A DNA stretch of 64,000 bases from an uncultured delta proteobacterium (GTDB taxonomy: Bacteria > Myxococcota_A > Polyangia > Polyangiales > Polyangiaceae): assembly GCA_963806225.1 (NCBI GenBank), contig CAWDXG010000004.1:4192001-4256000 (forward strand), written 5' to 3'. The translations under genes and the position numbers were made by a program. Below, in pieces: positions 32,694-45,040 of this stretch (position 1 is the stretch's first letter; every line of letters starts with the position of its first letter). The notes beneath the pieces were generated by a model. The model did not search any database and was not told the origin of the DNA. It worked only from the letters and a program-made list of their open reading frames with translations.

Positions 32694-33698
32694 ATGAAGC
32701 CAGCTTGCGCCCTGTTCTTCTGCGCCTTTTCAGCGCTGTCCGTCGTTGCCTGCGGTTCCGGCAAAAAAGCGGCAGGATCCAACGGATCCGGTGGGTCCGC
32801 AGGATCCGCCACAGGCGCCGGTGGGTCGGGTGCAAGCAGCGCTGCGACGGGCGGTACGGCTGGCAGCAGTGGAAGCGCCGGCAGCGGCGCGGGCGGCGCG
32901 GGCGGCGCGGGCGTCGACGGTGGTGCAGGAACGGGCGGCGCCGGGGGCTCGCCGAGCTCGACCTTCACGCCGTACTTCTTCGACGGCTTCGAGAGCTACG
33001 CCGACGGCGACTCGCTCTCCGGAAACAAGCCGTTCGACGCGGCAGGTCGCAGCTCCGCCTCCAGCGAGCAGGCACACCGTGGAAAGCAGTCCGCGAAAAT
33101 GGAGATCCACGCGGGCGACGGTGGCGGATTCGGCAAGTGGGGCGGCATCCTTCCGATCAAGCCCCATCTCGGCAAGGGCCAGGAAGTCTGGGTGCGGCTG
33201 TGGGTGATGTGGCCGAAGAGCTTCCAGTTCAGCGCCTCGCCGTGGATGAAGTTCCTGAGGCTGCACAACCGCACCTTCGACGGGAAGAACGGCGGCTACA
33301 ACGACCTGTACGTCGACCAGGCGGACAGCACGACAAGTGTGCTTCGCACCATCAAGGAGATCGACAACAAGTGGGCCGTCTACGACGGACCCAGCCTTCC
33401 GCGCGACACCTGGGAGCGCTACGAGATGTACCTGTACATCGACGACAAGTCGGTCGACGCAGGCGGCAACGGGCGCGTGCGCATCTGGCGCAACGACGAG
33501 CTCATTTTCAATCGCACCGACGTGCCGACAATCACCGAGGGCGGCGGCAGCATCGACTACTTCTACCTCTTCACCTACTGGAACAACGAGCAGCCGCCCG
33601 ACAACTACTGCTACGTCGACGACCTCGCCATCGCGACCAGCGCGAGCCCACCGCCCAACAAGGACGCCCAGGGCAACGCGTACATCGGCAACTGGTAG
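32694..33698 (+). CDS. Lipoprotein with a polysaccharide-lyase-like beta-sandwich
   Basis: Lipobox VVAC, Gly tether, then FFDGFE, EVWVRLWVMWP, KFLRL, WERYEMY..GRVRIWRND and YVDDLAIAT. Confidence 0.7.
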   Translation: MKPACALFFCAFSALSVVACGSGKKAAGSNGSGGSAGSATGAGGSGASSAATGGTAGSSGSAGSGAGGAGGAGVDGGAGTGGAGGSPSSTFTPYFFDGFESYADGDSLSGNKPFDAAGRSSASSEQAHRGKQSAKMEIHAGDGGGFGKWGGILPIKPHLGKGQEVWVRLWVMWPKSFQFSASPWMKFLRLHNRTFDGKNGGYNDLYVDQADSTTSVLRTIKEIDNKWAVYDGPSLPRDTWERYEMYLYIDDKSVDAGGNGRVRIWRNDELIFNRTDVPTITEGGGSIDYFYLFTYWNNEQPPDNYCYVDDLAIATSASPPPNKDAQGNAYIGNW

Positions 33699-33729
33699 GT
33701 CCTCGGCCGGAGGCTTGAGGCCTGTTCAC

Positions 33730-33758
33730 TGCCTTTGGCGATGAGCCATCGCCAGGCA
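33730..33758 (+). terminator. Hairpin downstream of the 32694 gene
   Basis: TGCC..TGGCGATG-AGC-CATCGCCA-GGCA; no U-tract. Confidence 0.4.
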
Positions 33759-33824
33759 ACGGCACCCGGCTGGAGACGGCGTCGCGGGCGGCCTCGGCGA
33801 TCGCGCGGAATCTCTTGTCCTGTA

Positions 33825-33853
33825 CTTGATATATGTTCAGCTAACACTAGGTT
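33825..33853 (+). promoter_or_regulatory. Leaderless sigma70 promoter overlapped by a LexA-like box
   Basis: TTGATA-N16-TAGGTT-N6-ATG; CTTGAT-ATAT-GTTCAG at 33825-33840. Geometry is identical to 7082-7110. Confidence 0.7.
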
Positions 33854-33859
33854 GCCTGC

Positions 33860-34794
33860 ATGTTTTCTGGGGTAGCCGTCGCGTCGACGCGGCCGACCGG
33901 CGTGGTGGCGAGCGGAGCGCGTGCGGCTCCGCCGGACGAGGCGGTGCGGCTCGATGCGCGGCTCGCGGAGCTGGTGCGGGGCGAGAGCCGGACGCGACTC
34001 GTGCTGGGTGAGCTGCTGGAGCTTCTGGCGCGGCGAGGCGGGCATCACGAGCTCGGGTTCTCGTCGCTGGGTGCCTATGCGCGGGAGCGCTGCGGGCGGA
34101 GTGCTCGTTGGGCGAACGAGTCGCGCTTGCTCGCAGAGCGCGTGGCGAAGCTGCCGCAGCTTCGCGCGGCGCTGTCGGGCGGCGCCATCGGCTGGTGCAT
34201 GGCGGAGCTCGTCGCGCGTCAAGCGACCGCGGAGACGGACGCGGAGCTGACGAAGCTGGCCACGCGCTCGACCGTGCGCGAGATGCGCGCGCGACGGGTC
34301 GCGAAGCCAGGCTCGAGCGATCTTCCCGTGGATGTGCTGTCGCAGAGTCGCGTCCAGCCCGCGGATGTCGAGATGGTGACGCTCGGCGTGACGCTGAGCC
34401 CGGCGGATGCCTGGCTGTGGCAGTGGACGCGACGCTTCGCGGAGCACGCTCTCGGCGAGCGCTCGCCGGCGTGATGCAGAAGCACCTCTCGCGCGACGCC
34501 AGCTTCGCACGCCTGTTGTGCGACACGTTCTGGAAAGCGTGGCGGCACCTCACCGAGCGAAACGAGAAGTACGCCCACATCTACGCGCGCGACCGCTACA
34601 CGTGCGTGAGCCCCGTGTGCTCGCGCCACGATGTCACGCCGCACCACGTCCGGTTCCGGTCACAGGGCGGCAGCGACGACGACGAGAACGTCATCGCCCT
34701 GTGCACCTGGTGTCACCTGGAGGGTGTACACGGCGGCCGTCTGGGAGTGACGGGAAGCGCGGGCAACTTGAAGTGGGAGCTGGGGCGGCGCTGA
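33860..34794 (+). pseudogene. Internally deleted, frameshifted paralog of the HNH gene (copy 2)
   Basis: 33860-34474 matches the copy 1 N-terminal repeat. After ~34460 another frame matches the copy 1 HNH domain through WELGRR-stop. About 810 bp of copy 1 (~5484-6294) is missing. Confidence 0.9.
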
Positions 34795-34801
34795 GGAAGC
34801 G

Positions 34802-37910
<3,109 letters not shown>

Positions 37911-38013
37911 CCCCTGAACATAGCCGACAGTGCAGGGTCGTTGCAGGCTCCGAAGCTCTGCTATGTTCCCGCCGGGCTGCCACTGCCGGCCTCCCGATAT
38001 CCGCATTCAGGAC

Positions 38014-39090
38014 GTGACCAACCCTTCGACCGAGCAAACCGCATTCGCTGCCGCCACGGACGGCGAAGAGCCCGAAGAGTCGTCGGCGGGCAATGGCGGC
38101 AGGGCACCGAACGGCTCTGCCGGGGACGGCGGATTGTCGGCCGACTCCGAGCCCGAGGTCATCGAAGGGTCGCCACCGGAGCCGCGCAGCGAAGGCCCGC
38201 TGTCCTGGCGCCTGGCCGGTGTGATCAAGACCATCCGCCCGCACCAGTGGGTGAAGAACGTCTTCGTCCTCGCCCCGGTGGTGTTCGCGAAGGAGATCTT
38301 CGATCCGCTGCTCCTGATGCGGGCGATCGGCGCGTTCGGCGTGTTCTGCCTCCTGGCCGGCGCGGTCTACACCATCAACGACCTTGCCGATGTGCAGGCC
38401 GACCGCGAGCATCCGGTCAAGCGCTTCCGCCCCATCGCTTCCGGTCGCGTGCCCGTGCCGGCGGCGCGTTGGCTCGCCGTCGGGCTTGTCGCGCTGGCGC
38501 TGGCCGGCGCTGCGTACGGACCGCCGCAGTTCCTCGCCGTAGCGCTCGCGTACTTCTTGATGAACCTGGCGTACTCGTTCAAGCTCAAGCACGTCGCGTA
38601 CGTTGACGTGAGCATCATCTCCGCCGGCTTCGTCTTGCGGGTGATGGCGGGCGGCTACGGCACGCGTATCCACGTTTCGGACTACCTGCTGGTCTGCACG
38701 GCGCTGCTCGCGCTGTTCCTCGGTTTCGGCAAGCGGCGCCACGAGCTCGCGCTGGCGAAGGCCGGCTTCGGCAAGACGCGCGCGGCGCTCGAGTCGTACA
38801 CGCAGCGCGGCATCGACACCGCGCTCATCGTCACGGCGATCGCGACCATCGTCACCTACTTCAGCTACACGCTCGACCCGCGCACCCGCGCCTTCTTCCA
38901 CTCGGACTGGCTGTTCGTCAGCACGGGCTTCGTGGTGCTCGGGGTGCTGCGCTTTTTGCATCTGGTTCGTGCCCGCCCCAAGGCCGAGAGCCCGACGCAG
39001 GAGATGCTCAAGGACGGCCCCTTCGTCGGCATCATGCTCGGCTGGGTGATCCTGGTGATGTGGATGGTCTATAACCTCAGGCCCGGTTGA
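38014..39090 (+). CDS. UbiA-family polyprenyl-phosphate phosphoribosyltransferase
   Basis: RPHQWVKN, YTINDLADVQADREHPVKRFRPIASG, YSFKLKH, FLGFGKRRHEL. Start uncertain. Confidence 0.88.
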   Translation: MTNPSTEQTAFAAATDGEEPEESSAGNGGRAPNGSAGDGGLSADSEPEVIEGSPPEPRSEGPLSWRLAGVIKTIRPHQWVKNVFVLAPVVFAKEIFDPLLLMRAIGAFGVFCLLAGAVYTINDLADVQADREHPVKRFRPIASGRVPVPAARWLAVGLVALALAGAAYGPPQFLAVALAYFLMNLAYSFKLKHVAYVDVSIISAGFVLRVMAGGYGTRIHVSDYLLVCTALLALFLGFGKRRHELALAKAGFGKTRAALESYTQRGIDTALIVTAIATIVTYFSYTLDPRTRAFFHSDWLFVSTGFVVLGVLRFLHLVRARPKAESPTQEMLKDGPFVGIMLGWVILVMWMVYNLRPG

Positions 39091-39126
39091 TGCCCGCGCG
39101 CAGCCCCGGGATCGCAAAGCTTTCCC

Positions 39127-39855
39127 ATGGCCACTGTTGAAGCGGGCGCGCCCGACGCCCGAGCCATCGTCAAGGGCGGCAGTGGGCCGTGGGCGGACCT
39201 GGGCCTGACGCTGCCCATCTTCGTCGCCTACCACCTCGGCGTGGTGTTCCTGCCGGTGCGCAACGCCGCCGACGTTGTCACCCGCGAGCTCGTCACCCTC
39301 GCCGATCACAGCATCCTCGCCTACAGCGGCCTCACGCTCGCCATCGGCGCCGTCTATGTCGGCATCCTGCTCGTGCTCGGCCGCGGTCACACGCTGCGCT
39401 GGAGCCGCTTTGGCATGGTCGCGGCCGAGGGCGTTCTGTACGCGATCGCCATGCGCATGGCTGCGGCGTACGTCGTGGGCCGCCTGCACCTCGGCGGCGC
39501 AGGCGTCGTGCACGACCGCTTCACCGGCCTCGTGATGGCTCTGGGAGCTGGTTTCTACGAGGAAATCGCCTTCCGCGTTGTCCTCTTCGGCCTCGGCGCC
39601 AAGCTCCTGAAGATCCTGGTTCCGATGCCGGTGCCGTTCAAGGAAAAGCTCCTGACCGTCGGCTGGGGCGTTATCGCTGCAGGCCTGTTCAGCGCCTGGC
39701 ACTACATCGGCCCGCTCGGCGATCCCTTCCAGCTGCAGTCCTTCGTGTTCCGTTGGGTGTGCGGCATGGCCTTCGTCGCCATCTACGCCTTCCGCGGCTT
39801 CGCCCCCGCCGTGTGGACGCACGCGCTGTACGATATCTGGGTGATGGTGCTCTAG
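39127..39855 (+). CDS. CPBP/CAAX family intramembrane metalloprotease
   Basis: GAGFYEEIAFR, LFSAWHY, HALYD and multiple TM helices. Confidence 0.85.
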   Translation: MATVEAGAPDARAIVKGGSGPWADLGLTLPIFVAYHLGVVFLPVRNAADVVTRELVTLADHSILAYSGLTLAIGAVYVGILLVLGRGHTLRWSRFGMVAAEGVLYAIAMRMAAAYVVGRLHLGGAGVVHDRFTGLVMALGAGFYEEIAFRVVLFGLGAKLLKILVPMPVPFKEKLLTVGWGVIAAGLFSAWHYIGPLGDPFQLQSFVFRWVCGMAFVAIYAFRGFAPAVWTHALYDIWVMVL

Positions 39856-39923
39856 GTATCGCTTCTCAGGGATGTCCGATGCGGCCCTTGACGCGCCGTC
39901 CGCCCCGGCGCGATCCTGGGTTC

Positions 39924-40955
39924 ATGGTGAAGCGCGATTTCGTTCGCGTCATCGAGAACGCTTATGCCAGCGCGCCGGACTGCGAGTCGTGGTTCTGCGG
40001 CATTGCAGATGTGGTGCGACCCTGTTGCGACCAGGGACTGGGCGCGCAGGTGTACGCGTACGACATGCGGCGTCCCGGGGAGTTCCGCGTGAGCGCTTGC
40101 GCGACCACCGGGAATTCGCCCGTGGATGGGCCGACCATCGAGGCCATTACCCGCACGTTTCCTCCGCAGGTGGCGCACGCCTACCACGCGCCGGGCGGAA
40201 CGCACTCCGTGAGGGAACTGGTTCCGCGCGTGACACGCGAGACCAGCATCAGACTCGCCCCTGTTCTTGGCGAGACATTCAGTCGGCACGGCATTCACGA
40301 CGTTCTGGGCGTTGGCGCCGGCGATCCCGCTGGCGTCGGCTGCATCATCACGTTCCCGTCGCCGCAGCCTATCCGGCTTTCTCCGCGGCTGCGCCGCACG
40401 CTGTCACACGTGGGCGCGCACGTGGCTGCCGGGTTTCGCCTGCACTACGCTCCGGGTGCCGCGCCCGGGAGTCTCGAGCGAACCGAGCCGGAAGCTGCCG
40501 ACGCGGTGCTGGGCCCCGATGGTGACCTGCTGCACGCTGCCGGGCCGGAAGCCACAACCGCGCGCTCGGCGCTGTCCCGCTTCGTCGAACGCCGTGCGCT
40601 GGCCCGCGGTCGGCTCAGGCGCGAGAGCCCTGCACAGGCAGTGGAGCTGTGGAAGGCGCTCTTGCAGGGCGAGTGGAGCGTCGTTGACCACGTGGATACA
40701 GACGGTAAGCGCCTGCTGCTTGCGCGCCGCAATCGCCCAGCGGTAGGCGACCCGGGGGCGCTCACGCTGCGCGAGCGCCAGATCGTCGCCTACGCCGCCC
40801 TGGGCCATTCGATCAAGTTCATCGGCTACGAGCTTGGTCTGTCCCCGTCCACCGTCAGCGCCCATCTGAAGAGCGCCCTTCGCAAGCTCCGCCTGCGCGA
40901 TCGGTCGGAGCTTTCCCGGGTGGTGGGCAGCACGGCGAAACGCTCCAACGATTGA
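39924..40955 (+). CDS. LuxR-type HTH transcriptional regulator
   Basis: C-terminal LTLRERQIVAYAALGHSIKFIGYELGLSPSTVSAHL. Confidence 0.85.
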   Translation: MVKRDFVRVIENAYASAPDCESWFCGIADVVRPCCDQGLGAQVYAYDMRRPGEFRVSACATTGNSPVDGPTIEAITRTFPPQVAHAYHAPGGTHSVRELVPRVTRETSIRLAPVLGETFSRHGIHDVLGVGAGDPAGVGCIITFPSPQPIRLSPRLRRTLSHVGAHVAAGFRLHYAPGAAPGSLERTEPEAADAVLGPDGDLLHAAGPEATTARSALSRFVERRALARGRLRRESPAQAVELWKALLQGEWSVVDHVDTDGKRLLLARRNRPAVGDPGALTLRERQIVAYAALGHSIKFIGYELGLSPSTVSAHLKSALRKLRLRDRSELSRVVGSTAKRSND

Positions 40956-41009
40956 CCATGGAGCGGCCCGGCGGGCGCATGGAACACTCTGTTCAGGGAT
41001 GCGCTGCGA

Positions 41010-41381
41010 ATGGCATCACGTAGACATCGTCGGCGCCGGAACCCGGAGACGCCCGCTGGAAACGGACGGAGCGGCTCTCCTGCCGCCCTGGAGGTCGCGC
41101 CGCCGGGTGATCTTCGCGCCTACCGTTTCGACACGGGCGGCGACGAGTTCGCCGTGTTCGAGATACCGTTGCCCAGGCCGGAGGCACCGGGCGCATTCGC
41201 GTCACTGACCGCCGCCGAGAAGAGCGTCCTGGGACTGTTGCTCGAGGGCGCGACCAACGCCGCGATTGCCCACGCGCGTGGCACCTCCGTGCATACGGTC
41301 GCCAACCAGGTCGCTGGCATCTTCCGCAAGCTGGACGTCCGGAGCCGCTACGAGCTCTACGCGCGATGCGCGCGCGCCTAG
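41010..41381 (+). CDS. Small stand-alone LuxR-type HTH protein
   Basis: LTAAEKSVLGLLLEGATNAAIAHARGTSVHTVANQVAGIFRKL. Confidence 0.8.
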   Translation: MASRRHRRRRNPETPAGNGRSGSPAALEVAPPGDLRAYRFDTGGDEFAVFEIPLPRPEAPGAFASLTAAEKSVLGLLLEGATNAAIAHARGTSVHTVANQVAGIFRKLDVRSRYELYARCARA

Positions 41382-41440
41382 AGTGGACACTGCGTGCACC
41401 GACCCCGCAGTGCTTGCCGCGGAGGGGCGTGGCGCGCGGT

Positions 41441-42178
41441 CTAGCTCTGCCCGGCCAACACAAACCGTTCCACGTTGCCTTTCGGACCCGGCACGCTCGA
41501 GTCGCACTCGGCGGTGATGTGGAGACCTTCCGCGCTGATGGCGCTGCGGGCGCGTTCTATGGCGGCCTCGCGGAGAGCGGGATCCTTGATCACGCCGCGG
41601 TGGCGCCGCGCCTGCTCCCGGCCGGCCTCGAACTGCGGCTTGACCATCGCGAGCAGGCGCCCGCCGGGACGTAGCAGACGGCCGAGCGCGGGCATCAGCT
41701 TGTCGAGGCTGATGAACGAGGCGTCGATGACGATCAAGTCGATCGGCTCGGTGAACTGTGCCGGCTCGAGGTGGCGCGCGTTGGTGCGATCCATCACGAT
41801 CACGCGCGCGTCGTCCTGGAGTTTTTGTGCGAGCTGTCCCTGTCCGACGTTGACGGCGTACACGCGCGCGGCGCCATGCTGCAGCAGACAATCGGTGAAA
41901 CCGCCGGTGGACGCGCCGACATCGATCGCCACGAGCCCGGTCACATCGAGCGCCAGTTCCGCGAGCGCGCCCTCCAGCTTGTGTCCGCCCCGCGACACGA
42001 AGCGTTCTCCGCCGCGCACCTCGAGCTCGATGTCCCCGGATAATAGCGTGCCGCTCTTTTCGATGCGCTGCTCTCCGGAGAATACGCGTCCCGCGAGCAG
42101 CAGAGCCTGGGCCTTCGCGCGCGACTCCGCGAGCCCGCGCTCGACCAGCAGCAGATCGGCGCGTTTCTTCCCGCTCAC
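41441..42178 (-). CDS. tlyA: TlyA rRNA 2'-O-methyltransferase
   Basis: S4 domain KKRADLLLVERGL, VSRGGHKL, DVGASTGGFTDCLLQ, DASFISL, VKPQFEAG. Confidence 0.95.
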   Translation of the reverse strand: MSGKKRADLLLVERGLAESRAKAQALLLAGRVFSGEQRIEKSGTLLSGDIELEVRGGERFVSRGGHKLEGALAELALDVTGLVAIDVGASTGGFTDCLLQHGAARVYAVNVGQGQLAQKLQDDARVIVMDRTNARHLEPAQFTEPIDLIVIDASFISLDKLMPALGRLLRPGGRLLAMVKPQFEAGREQARRHRGVIKDPALREAAIERARSAISAEGLHITAECDSSVPGPKGNVERFVLAGQS

Positions 42179-43050
42179 GGGATCTTCGCCTCCGGGTGCA
42201 GCGCGCGAGCCAGCACCGCGAGCCCGTCGGCAATGCGCGGCCCCGGTCTGAGCACGCGGTCGTCCGTGATGCGGACCAGGTGCCCCTGCTTCAGCGCGCG
42301 CAGATCCTTCCATCCTGGTGCGTCGGCGCTGACTCCGCCGCCGGTCGCCTCGGCGCCATCGGCCGGCGTCGCGTCGACCACCACGTCGGGATCGAGCGCG
42401 AGCACGCGCTCGACTCCCAGTGTCGGATAGCGCGTGCCCTTCGTGACGACGTTCTGCGCGCCGGCGAGCCGCAGGATCTCCGCAGGGAAGCCTCCTGGCC
42501 CAGCTACTACGATCGGCCGGACACCGAACACGAGCAGCGCCTTCGGTTGCGGCAGTCCCTTGACCGCGTCGAGCACCTGCTTCCGCCGTGCGCGGACGCG
42601 GTCGACCAGGCGTTTCCCTGCGGCCGGATCGCCAACGCGCCTGGCGAGGCCGAGAAGCATCGCGTCGATCTGTGCCATCGACCCTGTGGGCGGAAAATAG
42701 GTGGCTATGCCGCGCTTCTTCAGCCGATCGACGACCTCGTGACCGCCCGGTCCCTGCGCGCCGATCACCAGGTCGGGAGCCAGACCCAGGATGGCCTCGT
42801 AGCTCGGGTCGATGAAGCCGCCGACCGACGGCACCTTCTTCGCCGCGGGCGGGTAGTCGTCGAAGCGCGAGCGTCCGACCAGGCGCTTGCCTGCCCCGAG
42901 CGCGAACAGCGCCTCGGTTGTGCTGGGCGACAGCGAGATGATGCGCTGCGGCGTCGCCGGATGGCTGCGCTCGGCGTGGTGATCGCAGCCGGCGAACGCG
43001 CACATGACTGCCGTCAACGCGAAAACAAGCAGAACGGCACGGCGCATCAC
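42175..43050 (-). CDS. Cobalamin/heme-type periplasmic binding lipoprotein (BtuF-like)
   Basis: Lipobox FAGC, PQRIISLSPSTTEALFALG, DYPPAAK, RPGPRI. Confidence 0.88.
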   Translation of the reverse strand: MMRRAVLLVFALTAVMCAFAGCDHHAERSHPATPQRIISLSPSTTEALFALGAGKRLVGRSRFDDYPPAAKKVPSVGGFIDPSYEAILGLAPDLVIGAQGPGGHEVVDRLKKRGIATYFPPTGSMAQIDAMLLGLARRVGDPAAGKRLVDRVRARRKQVLDAVKGLPQPKALLVFGVRPIVVAGPGGFPAEILRLAGAQNVVTKGTRYPTLGVERVLALDPDVVVDATPADGAEATGGGVSADAPGWKDLRALKQGHLVRITDDRVLRPGPRIADGLAVLARALHPEAKIP

Positions 43051-43319
43051 GCCCGACGCGTAGCATCCCCGAAAGGAAAACAGCGCGTGCGGAGGGAAGA
43101 TCCCGACCGAAGCTGCGTAGGAGCGTGGGTTGCAGGGATACGAAAGCGTGGAGACCCAGCGTTACGCATCGCGTCACAAGTTGGTTGACCTGCTCCGAGA
43201 AGATGCGCCAGCATGCGCTCCGAGAGGACGGCTGTTCCGTCCAAGTGGCTTGGGGCCCGTTGACAGAGGTTTGCTTGGTTGCCGGGGCTCCCGCGATGCG
43301 TCGTTGATTGGAGGAGGCA

Positions 43320-44141
43320 ATGGTGAAAGCGTTGAAGCTCAGCGTGGCGGCGTCTGCCGCCCTCATGTGTGTGATGACGGCCGGTCTGGCGTCGGCGCAG
43401 GAAGCCGGCGGAACCGCCAGCGCGTCGGGTCAGGCGGGCATGGCCCTTCCCGGCGCAGCCCCCCAGGCTGCTGCGACCACGGGCGATTCCGACCATGATC
43501 AGGTCGTCGGTCGGCTCGCCGTCGGCTACATGGGACGGGTCGGGGTTCCGGTTGCGACCGGTTTCAATGCGGGTCCGCCCGCGACGGTTGCGACGACCAA
43601 CATCGACGCGCCGACCATCGGTGTCCGTTACTGGATCGACCAGATGATCGGTCTCGACGTGGGCCTCGGCATGGGGATGGCGGGCGGCAGCGTGACCACC
43701 GATCCGGGTGGTAACAGCGTGGATGACCAGGGGGCCACGGCGTTCCTGATCCACGGCGGTCTGCCCCTGTCGCTGGCGTCGGCCGGGCACTTCAGCTTCG
43801 AGATCGTTCCCGAGCTGAACGTCGGCTTCGGCAGCTCGTCGTACAAGGCCCCGGGCACTCCGCCGGCGCAGGCGGATGTCGACTACAGCGGCTTCCTGTT
43901 CGACATCGGCGCGCGCGCCGGCGCCGAAATCCACTTCGGTTTCATGGGCATCCCGCAGCTCTCGCTGCAGGGCAGCATCGGCCTGCTCTACCAGATGCAG
44001 AGCGTCAAGGTGACGCAGAAGGCCTTCCAGAATAACCCGGAGCAGTCGGTCAAGCACTCGACCTGGCGCTTCGCAACGACGGTGAACGATAACCCCTGGA
44101 ACATCTTCACCAGCAACGTCGCCGCTCTGTACTACTTCTGA
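43320..44141 (+). CDS. Outer-membrane beta-barrel protein
   Basis: SD GGAGG, signal peptide ASA-Q, amphipathic strands and a C-terminal ALYYF beta-signal. Confidence 0.8.
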   Translation: MVKALKLSVAASAALMCVMTAGLASAQEAGGTASASGQAGMALPGAAPQAAATTGDSDHDQVVGRLAVGYMGRVGVPVATGFNAGPPATVATTNIDAPTIGVRYWIDQMIGLDVGLGMGMAGGSVTTDPGGNSVDDQGATAFLIHGGLPLSLASAGHFSFEIVPELNVGFGSSSYKAPGTPPAQADVDYSGFLFDIGARAGAEIHFGFMGIPQLSLQGSIGLLYQMQSVKVTQKAFQNNPEQSVKHSTWRFATTVNDNPWNIFTSNVAALYYF

Positions 44142-44161
44142 TACACTCGAAGCTCGGGCTT

Positions 44162-44194
44162 TTCCGGGGTGCGGAAGTCCTCCGCGCCCCGGAA
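44162..44194 (+). terminator. Strong hairpin after the beta-barrel gene
   Basis: TTCCGGGGTGCGGA-AGTCC-TCCGCGCCCCGGAA; no U-tract on the + strand. Confidence 0.5.
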
Positions 44195-44223
44195 GGTCGA
44201 TCCTTCGGCGATGGGAGTGCGCC

Positions 44224-44940
44224 ATGAGGTTTCGTAGCTTTTCGATGATCGGGGCGGCGGCGTTGGCCATCGGCTGCGGCAGCGCGGGGTCGGGGTCGGT
44301 GGGGTCGTTCGGTGGCACCGGGACGCCGGCCAGTGGCAGCCAGCCGCCGAGCAACGGCAGCACGGTGCCGGGGAATCCAAACCAGCCGCAGAACGCCAGC
44401 ACCACGCCCGGCGGGGCCGGGGTGTGTTCCACGGCGTGCGCGCTCGCTGCCAAGTACCCCTGTGTCGTGATGGACCTGCCCGCGGGTGACTGCGTCATGC
44501 AGTGCGAGACGGCATTGGCGAACGGTGGCCTTGGAGCTTCTCTGGACTGCGTCAAGGCTTCCCTGGTCATGTTCAAGTGCGCCGATGCGCAAGGCGGCGT
44601 GAGCTGTCCGGCGGACGGAGGCGATCCCCAGTTCACCGACGCGGCAACGGCCGCCTGCTCGCAGTACGTGCAGGCGACGGTCGACGCCTGCGGCAACGAT
44701 CAGCAGCAGGGCGGGTCCTGCGATCCCAGCATCGGCTGCGACGGCTGCCAGAACGACTGCGACAAGTGCAAGTGCCAGACTGGCGGCGGGGCGAGCTGCG
44801 ACAGCGTCTGCGGTACGCCCAACAACAACACGTGCACGTTGAGCGGCGATCAGTGCGTGGGCTGCGCCGACGCCTGCAGCCAGTGCACCTGCCTCGCGGG
44901 CGGCGACCCGACGAACTGCACCACGCAGTGCGCCGGCTGA
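44224..44940 (+). CDS. Cys-rich lipoprotein
   Basis: Lipobox AIGC; two C-terminal CxGCxxxCxxCxC repeats. Confidence 0.8.
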   Translation: MRFRSFSMIGAAALAIGCGSAGSGSVGSFGGTGTPASGSQPPSNGSTVPGNPNQPQNASTTPGGAGVCSTACALAAKYPCVVMDLPAGDCVMQCETALANGGLGASLDCVKASLVMFKCADAQGGVSCPADGGDPQFTDAATAACSQYVQATVDACGNDQQQGGSCDPSIGCDGCQNDCDKCKCQTGGGASCDSVCGTPNNNTCTLSGDQCVGCADACSQCTCLAGGDPTNCTTQCAG

Positions 44941-45040
44941 GGCGCTGACGGCCGCCACCGGCCGCCAGTCGCCTCGCCACCCCCTGACGTAGTGAAATCA
45001 CGGAGTTAGCGCCCGGCGCGCGGCGTGCAGTGCCGCGGGC

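Noticed and set aside
41467..41480. parS-like GTTCCACGT
   Set aside because: Half-site only, inside tlyA coding sequence; no full palindrome seen in the window.
43051..43310. Cobalamin riboswitch upstream of the btuF-like gene
   Set aside because: No B12-box or GGGAA..GCCACTG elements recognised on the minus strand.
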